A DNA stretch of 58,144 nucleotides. Origin: Phycisphaerae bacterium (GTDB lineage: Bacteria > Planctomycetota > Phycisphaerae > UBA1845). The position numbers and the translations under genes were made by a program. The notes below the pieces were generated by a model that made no database searches, was not told the origin of the DNA, and saw only the letters and a program-made list of their open reading frames with translations. Below, in pieces: positions 36,901 through 48,900 of the stretch. Each line of letters starts with the position of its first letter. The first letter of the stretch is position 1. Location of the stretch: assembly GCA_028282665.1 (NCBI GenBank), contig JANQHN010000321.1, forward strand, positions 1-58,144. Direction: 5' to 3'.

Positions 36901-39900
36901 GCAGGCGAGTATGAGCTGCGAATCGAGTTGAAACCCACGCAAGGAGCGAGGTATTTCCTCAGACCTGTAGGTGGCCAGTGGCGCATGCTGTACAACTCGA
37001 ATCATAGCGCCGCGACGAATCTGCTTCGTGGTGTGACCATGTTGTCGGGCACGATGTACTTCGACGATTTCCGCCACCTCTATGGTTCGCCTACGCAAGA
37101 ACACCGCATCACCGGCGAAATCAGTGGTTCTTTAACCGTGTGGGACCGTGCAGGGCGCACGGATTCCGATCCGTACGAGGTAATCATTACCGGCGGTGAA
37201 CCCGTTGCGGACGCCGGCGGCCCCTACACCTCTCCCATGACTTCCTATGCGATTTTTGACGCACTCAACAGCTTTGATGACATTGGAATTCAAACGTATC
37301 TGTGGAACTTTGGAGACGGCACGGCCGGTTTCGGCGGTCAGGCGTATCACCGCTACGATCAACCGGGCATTTACGATGTGACGCTGACGGTGTTCGACGC
37401 GGCTGGGCATAGCGATACGGCAACGACAACGGTTGAAGTCATACCCGCGGTTGTGTGTGTACCGTGGGACTACGACAACACGAGTGGCCTCGAAGTGCCA
37501 CACAATACCTGGAGTGGCCGCGATGCAACCTTAAAAGCACGCGTGTTTACGGATACGCCGGCCGACCAGCTTACTTACACATGGATTTTCGGCGATGGTA
37601 GCCCCGCTGAGATGGGAAATGTTACTAACAAGCGGTCAATCGAAACAACACACACGTACGAGGGAGCGGCCGGTGCGGTCTTTGTTGCTTCGCTGACGAT
37701 TCACGACCCGGTGTATGGCGATCTTACCGATACGTATCCGATCCAAATTCATCAGCGGGACCTGACCATCGAAGTCAATGTTTCAATCGACCGGGGAATT
37801 TGGTGGCTGCACAAAGAACAAGCCGACAATGGCACGTGGAATCAGAGCGGTTACTTTGCCGGAGCAACCGCATCCGCAGTTCACGCGATGGAAATCAACG
37901 GCCATTTGCCGACGCGTTCAGTGCTTCTAGACCCGTTGGTCGATGATGTAATTCGAGGTCTGGAGGCAACGCTGACACGACTTAACGCAGTGCCCATCAC
38001 CGTTCAGCCCGCAGGCGATCCTGATACGAACGCCAACGGTATTGGCATTCAGGTCAACAGCAACCGGCCTATTTACGAAGGCGGCATGGTGATGGACGCA
38101 CTGGCTGCGACAGGCGCACCGGACATGGCTGCGAACAACGGTGGAAATTTCATCAACGGACGGGCTTTCCGAGACATTCTGTACGACATGGGCGACATGT
38201 ACGCCTGGGGCCAAGTTGACTCCGGCAATGCGAGAGGTGGGTGGCGATACAGTTGGAACAGCGGTTCGGACAATTCCGCGGCGCAGTGGGCAGCGATCGG
38301 CTTCGAAGGAGCTCGTTCTGCTTTCGGATTGGTTTGGCCCGATTGGGTGCGCACCGAGAACGACATTTGGCTCAGCTATAGCTACGACGGAACGGGATTC
38401 GGTTATGCCGGACCCGGCAACGGCGAAGCGACCACACCTTCCGGTATGGTGCAACTCGCTTACGACGGCTTCACCCGTAACGACTCACGGTGGCAAACAT
38501 CGGAAGCGTGGATCGCCAATAATTGGGAGTGGTGGAAGGCACGCAACAACACTTACGCGTACTATGCCTTCGCCAAAGCAATGCGACTGGCGTTGCCTGA
38601 ACCGATTGCGGAACTGAGTCCGACGGGGTTGGATTGGTACAACGACGACGCAGGTCTGGTTCGTCGGATTTTGGATCTGCAATCGGCTGACGGCGGTTGG
38701 CCCAATCCCGTGAATTGGATTCACCGACAAATGACAACCGCTTGGCACGTAATCATCTTAACGCCGACGTTGTTCACCAGACCTCCGGTGGCGGTGGCAG
38801 GCGATGATATCGTGTGGGCATTCGATCTCGCACTCGACTTCGATGGTAGCGCTTCCTACCACACCGACCCGGTTCGCGTACTCGTCGAATACGAATGGGA
38901 TTTCGACGGCGACGGCACGTACGACTACATCGGATCCGATCCGGTAGCAACATACACCTTCGTGTACGATGACAATATCAATTATCCGATTACCTACGAG
39001 GCAAGACTTCGCGTAACGGATGACATTGGGCAAACGGATACGGACACGCGAGGCGTCACCATCGCCGAACCACCGCATCCACCTATCGCAAATATCGGTG
39101 GACCCTATGAGGCTCGCACGAACCTGCCGTTTACCATCGATCCCAGCGGTTCGGTAGACATCGATCCGACCGACTACATTACCAAACTGCAATTCGACTT
39201 TGACGGCAGCAACGGTTACGACTTTGATCAACCCGACCTGGAAATAGAATGCAGCGAACCTGCTCCCGGTGAGCCGCAGACCGGCGGATGCACTGCGGTC
39301 ACTTGGACATACAACACGTCGGGCACCTACAACATCGGTATGCGAGTCTGGGACAACGGCGTGCTGAACGCGCCCGACGACGAGCCGTTGCCTTCCAATC
39401 CTAACTTCACGACGGTGACCGTCTCAGTGAATCAAGCTCCAATCGCCGACGCGGGCGGGCCGTACGAGGGCGATGAATGCTCGCCGATCCAGTTGGATGG
39501 CTCGGGCTCGCACGACCCGGACCAAGATGGACTCACGTTCGCGTGGGATTTGAATGACGACGGTGTATACGATGATTCCACTGATCCTGCACCGAACTAC
39601 ACGTGGAACGCGGACGGTGTGTATACGGCTTGGCTCATCGTCTCGGACGGCGCGCTGGACAGTGAACCCGCCCAAGCGGAGGTAATCGTCTTCGATGGCG
39701 CGCCTTCAATCTCGGTGGGTGGACCGACGAATCTGGATATCGACGCGATTGGGCAGTTTTTCGCAACGGTTTCATCGGAATGTGATGCCGTAGCACTCAT
39801 TGAATGGGACTGGGACTACGACGGTATCGCATTCAATGCATCAGGCGATATCGGTGAAAACGCCTCGCACAGTTACACGGCGCAAGGTACTTACACCGTT

Positions 39901-42900
39901 GCTGCTCGCGTGATCGACATTGATGATTCGACGGCGATGGCGACCCATGTGGTGGTGGTTGGCCCCCCTGAAGGTCCACGAATTCCCGCTGATAATAAGA
40001 TCACCTACACCATCGGTCGGCGCGATTACGATCCTGTTAACCAGATCCACCGCGCAGAATTCACGCTTATCAGTGAACACGATGAGCCAATGTACGGTCC
40101 GATCGGTCTCGCCTTCGCGGATGTCTATCCATCCACGGTTGAGCTGATTACGGTCGCCGGTTACGTGCCTCATCCGGATAACGAAACCGAGTTGATCCCG
40201 TACGCGGACTTTACACCGTTGCTCACTGACAACGTTCTGTTGCCGGACGAGACGGTGGGGCCGATGTGGATTGCATTTTCCGATCCGGACAACGTTTCGT
40301 TCACGTTCGAAGCAATCGGATTTTTGTTCAACACTGCGCCACGCTTCACGTCCACGCCGATCCTGACCGGATCGGAGGGAACGCGCTACCGCTACGACGC
40401 AAACGCCGTGGACGATGACGAGGATGCCTTCGATTACTCACTGGAAGAAGGCCCGGCCGGTATGACCATCAACCCGACAACGGGCTTGGTGGACTGGATA
40501 CCGGATCAGCAATCCAGCGGCGTGCACGATGTAACGATCGTTGCCAACGACGGTCGCACCGGTGGTGCCGTGTATCAGACCTACCAATTGACGATCGATG
40601 CGGTAAACGTCAGCCCGATCATCACCTCCGTGCCGATCACCGCTGCTTCGGCGGTGGATGGTTATACTTATCAGATTCAAGCGTACGATCCGGATAGCGA
40701 TCCAATCGATTACGATTTGTTGGTCGCCCCGGCAGAGATGATAGTGGACGCGGACGGTTTGGTTGATTGGCCCACACCGAGCGTGGGCTATCATCAGGTG
40801 AAGGTCGTGGTGTTTGACGATCACGACAACGAGGCGTCGCAGGAGTTCACGCTGAATGTCTCTGCCTGCAATCAGCCAAGCTTCACAACCACGCCGATTA
40901 CCGCCGCCACGGAAGGCGAGTTTTACACTTATCAGGTTGCGGTTGATGGCCCCAATCCGCCGTATGTGTTCGACTTACCAATCGCGCCGCAAGGTATGAC
41001 GATCGTTGCGGCCAATGGGCAAATCGAATGGACTCCATCCTACACGCAGGCAGGTGGCCACGTAGTTAAAGTACTCGCGAAAGAAAATGGGAATAACCCC
41101 TGTTCCGCCGAGCAGATCTTCCAGGTCATTGTAGCGGGCGTGAACGCCGCACCCCAAATCACTTCCGTACCGCCGGTCGACATCACCGAGGGCGAAGCCT
41201 ATGTTTACAATGTTGAAGCGAACGATCCAGACGAGGAAGAGGTAACCTTCACATTGGTCGAAGGACCGGAAGGCATGAGCATCCTGCCGAGTGTGGGTCG
41301 CGTTTCGTGGTTCGTACCGCAAACCGCCGCGATGGACTGCAACCACCCGTGCCACGTCCACATTCGTGCGTGCGATCCGGCCCTCGAGTGCGACGAACAA
41401 TTGTTCACGCTCAACATCACCGAGGTCAACGTAGCACCGCAGTTCACAGGATTGCCCCTGTTCAGCGCGGCCGAGGAAGAACTCTACACCTTCACGCCGA
41501 TAGTCGAAGATCCGGACGATGATGCACTCAGTTTCGAATTGCTCGATGGTCCTGTCGGAATGACGATCGATCCACTGAACGGCACAGTCGAATGGACGCC
41601 CAACCAAACCGATGCCTCCCGCAATCCGCATTTCACACAAATCAAGGCGACCGACGAGTGGGATGCATTCGACGTGTTGACCTATCAGATCATGGTGCAA
41701 TCGGTCAACGTCGCACCGACGATCAATTCCTCCGCGCCGACCACAGCGACCGAAGGCGTGTTATACAACTACCCGGTGCAGGCAAACGACATCGATGAGG
41801 ACGAACTGCGCTTCCGCCTGCTGGAAAGTCCCAGCGGAATGAGCGTCCATCCCAACAATGGTCTGATCACTTGGGTGCCTTCACAGGTAGCGGCGATGGC
41901 CAACCCGCATACGGTGACCGTCGAGGTCTACGATCCGGACAACGATATGGATCAACAGACGTTCGCGATTACGGTTGCTGAAGTCAACGTAGCACCGGAA
42001 TTCTTCTCCACGCCTGTCGTGCAAGGTGTAGCGGGATTCGCCTATGAGTATGACGTCGAAGCCTTCGACCCGGATCAGGATACGATCGAATTCGGATTGG
42101 ATCAGTTCCCCGATGGCATGACCATTAATGCGAACACAGGCTTAATTGCCTGGAATCCCGGACCGCCGAATGTCGGACTGCACGATATCATCGTGACCGC
42201 GGATGATCTCCAAGGGCATGTGTCTACACAATCCTACACGCTCGAGATTCTCGAGTGCGGTACAGCACCGGAATTCATCTCCAACCCGATCACCCGCGCC
42301 GAAGTCGACGAACTGTATCAATACCAAGTCGTGGTCGAAGCCGATGCGCCGGTCCTCTTCTCATTGGGTAATGCACCTGCAAGCATGACCATTGATGAGA
42401 ACACAGGCCTGGTTCAGTGGACGCCAACAACCGATGACGAAGGCACGTACAATGTGCGCATCATCGCCGCCAGCAATGAAGGCTGTGAGGCGTATCAGGA
42501 ATTCACCCTCGAGGCAAAGCTCTGCGTGCTGACCGTCGAGTACCTCTTTGGCGAAGGCGAAAACGCCGAACCGGATGCCGGCCGATTCTGGACAGCGACA
42601 CCAACCGTGGACGCGACCTGCGGACCGCTCGAATTCATGCTGCTGCAAAATCCGTCGACGATGTCCATCAATCCGAACACGGGCGTCTTGAGTTGGGTAC
42701 CCGCGTCGGGTGACTGGGATATCATCGTGTACGTCGTAGATGATTGGGGCAACACGCTCCAGATCAACGTACCGCTCACCGTAGCTCCGCAGCATTCGCC
42801 ACAAATCACCTCGACACCGACCTTCACGGCCGCTGTCGACGCGCTGTATACATACGATGTAGAAGCAAACGATCCGGATGATGATCCGATCGAGTTCTCG

Positions 42901-45900
42901 TTGGACGAAGCACCGGCGGGTATGACAATCGATGCGGATACGGGCATGATCGAATGGACGCCGACTATCGGACACATCGGCGTACACAACGTACGTGTCC
43001 GCGCTAGCGATGATCGTGGCGCGTGGGCAGCCCAGATCTACACGTTGATGGTTTCACAATTCGGCGACAACGTTTCACCGCAGATCGTCACTACGCCAAC
43101 CTACAGCTCAGCAGTCGATGACGAATACACCTACGACGTCGATGCTACGGACGGCGATCAGGACACAGTGCAGTTCGGGCTCGACGAGGCGCCGGCCGGT
43201 ATGACGATCGACGCAGCCTCCGGCGTGATCACCTGGACGCCAACCGTCGAACAAATCGGTGTTCACTCGGTGACCGTGCGGGCGACTGACGGACGGGGCG
43301 GATGGGCGACGCAAACCTACTCGGTTACCGTTTCGCTGTTTGGCGACAACCTCGCCCCATCGATTCTTTCCACGCCAAATTTCTCTGCTGCTGTAGGTGC
43401 ACTGTACGTCTACGCGGTGGAAGCGGAGGATCCGGACGTGGATGACGAGTTGACCTTCCTGCTCCTTCCACACGAGAGTGTCGCTCCGCCAGCCGGTATG
43501 GCCATCAATGAAGAAACCGGCTGGATCGAGTGGCTGCCTGCCGAAGAGGACCTCGGCACCTACACCATCCACGTGCGCGTGGAAGACGGCAGGGGCGGAT
43601 GGGCTTCGCAGGTGTACTCGCTGACCGCTTCCCTGGACGGCACGAACACACCGCCGCGCATCACCTCCACACCGGACTACAGCGCCGCAGCCAACACCCT
43701 CTACACCTACGATGTTAACGCGACGGATGACGAGGACGATGCGCTCGCCTTCGACCTGGCGGACGCGCCGCAGACTATGACGATTGACGGAAACAACGGT
43801 CTGATCGAATGGACACCGGCATCGGACGATACGGGCGTGCATGACGTACACGTACAGGTGACGGATGGTCGCGGTGGATGGGCCGAGCAAGTTTACACGC
43901 TAACCGTATCAATAGACGGCACCAACGTGGCACCGCGATTCACCAGCACGCCGCTAACGGCCGTCCTGGTCAACACCGCCTACAGCTACGACGCCAACGC
44001 GGTAGACGACAACGAAGGTGACGTCACAACGTACTCCCTCGACAACGCGCCCCCCACTATGAGCATCGACGAAAACTCGGGACTGGTCACTTGGACACCG
44101 GGCGAGGACGACTTCGGCTCCCACGCTGTGACGATTCGCGCGATCGATAACGAACTCGCCTACGCGACGCAAGAATACGAACTGCTCGTGAAGGCGAACA
44201 CTACGCCGGTGTTCGAGAGCCAGCCCCTCGTGACGGCAGTGGTAGACTATCAGTACGATTATCCCGCCTACGCGACTGATGTGGATAATCACGCGATTAC
44301 CTACCAGTTAGTGCCTGCCGAGGTGGGCGATCCTGTGGTCGAACATCCGGTACCGGAAGGCATGACGGTCGTTCAGCCGACGACCGCGACCGGACCTGGC
44401 CACGTACTGTGGACGCCAACCATGGATCAGGCAGGTGAACATTACGTTTCAATCCTCGCAGCCGACGGAAACGGCGGCGAGGTCACACAGACCTATCTTG
44501 TAACGGTGTACGAGGATGACTCGATCGACTTCCGCGCTCCGGATGTTGATATCACGATTGAGCCTGCGTTTGTGTCACCAGGTGGCTCGGTGACGATTAC
44601 CGTGTTTGCGGACGATGATACCGGATTATCCACGGTGATGGCGACGCTGGATGGTGAAAATCTACCGCTCACTATGGACTCAGCCACGACATGGGTCGCC
44701 ACCGCCAACGCGCCTCAGCCTGGACGGTACGACATCACCGCTACCGCGACGGATGCCTTCAACAAATCTCGCACCGACAACGCCTACTTTATGGCGATCG
44801 ACGATACTGATGACGCGCCGCCGATCGTGGAAATCTTGACGCCGGAAGATGACGTCGAAACGGCTGAGCCAATCTCCATCGTTGGCACGGTAATGGACGA
44901 TCAACTCGTTGCGTGGACGCTTTCGTACGCTCCCGCACACACCGACGATTTCGTCGAGTTCGACAGCGGATCTACCAGCGTAGACGACGCTGAAATCGGC
45001 GTGTTCGACGTAAGCATGGTCCCTAACGGACTCTACGAAGTGAAGCTCACCGCTATGGACGAAGGAGGATGGGAGATTTCGACCTCCGTCCGCGTGCTCG
45101 TTGAGAGCGACGCCCAGGTAGGCAACTTCACGATGACCTTCCCCGACCTGAACGTCCCAACGGTCGGCATTCCCGTGAATGTAATGCGCCGTTACGACAG
45201 TCGCATCAAGCGGAAAGGCGACTTCGGCATCGGCTGGGATCTGGAAATCGCCTCTGCCGAGGTGATTGAAAACGACGACATGCATGAAGGCTGGGAGACT
45301 GGCTCGGGCGGCGGTTGGTTGCCGACGTATTACATTGCACCCGATCGCCTGCACAGCGTCACCATCGATTTGGGCGACGGTCGAACAGACACGTTTGACA
45401 TGCAACTCGACCCGATGCAGATGCTGATTTACTCCTACTGGGATGTGAATGTAACGTGGCGCCGCCGAGGGCAGGGTCTGTCGAAGTTGACTTCCAACCC
45501 AAGCAGCGGACTGGCGATGACAGGCGCGCCGCTCCTGAATTGGGAGTTCGACGATTGGGCGGCAACCTCGTTTACCTATACCGATCATAACGGTGTCGAA
45601 TACACATTCGCAGGAGATGAAAACCGCAAGCAAGTCGTCCAAATCAAGGATACTAACGGCAACACCGTAAGCATCACCGAAAACGGTATCTTTCACTCAA
45701 CCGGTCCGAGCGTGGTGTTCGAACGCGATAACCAAAAGCGCATTACGAAAATCACCGACCCTGCGGGTGGAGAAATCCTCTACGCTTACGATGATCGCGG
45801 CGATCTTATCTCTGTGACCGATCAGGAGGGACACACGACCTGGTATGACTACAATCGAAGTCACGGCCTGTATGAAATCGAGGATCCGACGGGCAACACG

Positions 45901-48900
45901 CCGGTTCGCAACGAATATGACGATGACAACCGCCTGATTGCGACGGTCGATGGTGATGGCAACCGGATCGAATTCAACCACGACATCGATAACCAGCAGG
46001 AACTGGTGTACGATCGACTGGGCAACTTGTCGATCTACTATTACGACGACGATGGAAACGTCACGCAAATCACCGATCCGGGCAACCATGACACGACGTA
46101 CACCTTCGATGAGCATGGCAACCTGCTCACCAAAGTCGATTACTTGGGCAACGTAACCGAAAACACGTACACGGATGATGGTCAGATAGAATCGCGCAGG
46201 CAGTTCTATCAGCAGTCACCGACGGTCTTCACGTACGATGCGGATGGCCGAATGCTGACGCAGGCTTTACCCAATGGCCTGGTGAAAACACGCGCGTACG
46301 AAGGTGAGGATCGCCTACCGATAACCGTGTCCGACAACATGGGCCGGTCGACGACGTACACGCGCAAACCCGATGGCCAGCAGGATTCCAAAACCGTTTT
46401 GCTAACGGAAGGTGCCAGCGCGACGTGGATTTATGAATACGACGAACAAGGCCGGATGACCGCGGAGATCGGTCCGCTGGGCAATCGCACCGAGTACGTC
46501 TACAACGAACTCGGCCAGCGCACCGGCATGAAGAAGTGGCGGACCAACCCGGAAGGCGAGACCGAACTGCTCGAATGGACCTTCGAATACGACGCTTTGG
46601 GGCAGCTTGTTACAGAAACCAATCCGATGGGCTATACCCGATCGTACACATACGACGCAGTGGGCAATCGCGCCACGGTGACGAATTGGCGTGGATTCAC
46701 CACTTCATACGAATACAACGGCCGGGGCGATCGAATTGCAAAGCATTACCCGGATGATTCGAGTGAATTCTTCGAGTACGACGCCGAACAAAACCGTACC
46801 GCCGTGATCAATCGCGGCGGGCACCGCACAGACTACGAATACAACTATTCGAACAAGCTCGTCAAAACTCTGCACGAAGACGGATCGTACAGCGACGTGG
46901 CCTACGACGGCCTAGGCCGCATGACCTCGCAGCGCGATGAAAATGGAAGCGTGACGACGTACGAATACATCACCGACGCCGCTAACGGGATTCATCGTCA
47001 GATCGTGACCGACCCGTTCGACAAAGTTACCGTTTATGATTTCGACGACATGAACCGCCGCACCCAAACGACCGATGCGAACGAGCACGTCACTGAGTTC
47101 GAATACGATCTTGCCGGCCGACACATTAAAACGACCTTCCACGACGGTACATTCGTGTCCTACGAGTACGACTGGGGTGATCGCAAGATCGCCGAAGTCG
47201 ATCAAGCGGGCCGACGAACCGAGTTCGAGTACGACCTGCTCGACCGGCTCGTGAAGGTAACCAACGCGGCGGATGAGGTAACGCTGTACGAGTATGACGA
47301 ACTGGGCAACCTTCGCTCCTCGACGGATGCGGAAGGCCGCACCACCGAGTATGAATACGACAAGTTGGGTCGCATGCTGAAACGCATCCTGCCCAACGGC
47401 CTGTTCGAGTCGATGACGTACGACGAAAACGGCAATCTGCTGACGCACACCGATTTCGAGGGGCGCACCGCGACGAGCGCGTACGACAACATGGATCGTC
47501 GCACGAGCCGCAGCTACGAAGATGGCACGAGCGAGGTGTTCACCTACGCGTCTTGCTGCAACTCGATCGAGACGGTCACCGACCAGCATGGCTTGACCAC
47601 GTACACCTACGATGACCGAAGCCGGCTTGAAAGCGTGACCTGTCCTTCGGGCGAGTCGCTCGAGTATGGCTACGATTCGAGCAACAACCGAACTTCGATC
47701 ACGAGTTCGCTGGGCACAACGGGATACACGTATGACGCGTTAAACCGGGTCGAGACGGTCACCGATTCGCAAGGCCTGGTGACAACCTATGTCTATAATG
47801 ATGTCGGCAACCTCGCGTCCGTGCATCATGCCAATGGCACGATCATCACCTACATGTACGACGATCTAAATCGCCTGGTGCATGTCTCGCACACGTTGGA
47901 TGATACGGGCGACCTGCTCGCCGGCTTCGAGTACACGCTGGAGGCAGCGGGCAATCGCACGCAAGTGGTCGAATTCGATGCGAACGGTGTGGTTCGTACG
48001 GTCAACTACGACTACGACGATGTCTATCGCCTTACACGGGAAGAGATGACTCCCGCGATCGGCGACACGGTCGTGATGGAGTATCTCTACGACAGCGTGG
48101 GCAACCGCCTCTTTAAGAATGTCGCCGCCGGTTCCATTTTCGAATCGACCGCATATACCTACGACGTGAACGATCGATTGATGCAGGAAGTGCGCGATAC
48201 GTTCGACGGTGGCAACCCGAGCGACAGCGAAACGATCATTTACGGCTACGACCTGATCGGCCACCTGACATCGAAATCCAACGGTACTTGGGCGGACACG
48301 TACACGTACAACCAAGCGGGCAGGCTTGTGAACGCTCACGTCGAATCCGGCGGTAGCACGGAAGACATTGCCTATACGTACAACTATAGGGGCATTCGAA
48401 CGAGCAAAACGATTGGTGGTGTGACGACCGAATATGTCGTTGATCACAACCGTCGCCACGCTCAGGTCCTGGCGGAAATCACGCCCAGCGGTTCAACCGG
48501 TTATGTTCACGGCTTGGACCTGATAAGTATGAAACTACCGGGCGGAGCGAAACGCTTCTACCACGGCGATGGCCAGCTCTCGACGCGACTGCTGACCGAC
48601 GGCGCAGGTGCGGTCACGGATACGTACATCTACGACGCGTTCGGGAATACGCTGGCGTCGACCGGCAACACGCCGAACCGGTACAAATACACCGGCGAAC
48701 AGTACGATCCCAATCTGGGTTACTACTACCTGCGTCAACGATACCTGGATACCGGCACAGGCCGATTTGTGGCGGCGGACAAGTTCCCGGCAGATCGATT
48801 CGATCCGAAAACTCTGCATCGTTACCTGTACGTGCAATCGAATCCGGTAAACATGGTCGACCCGTCGGGCGAGTTTGGAAGCTTGGTCGAAGTGAACGTG

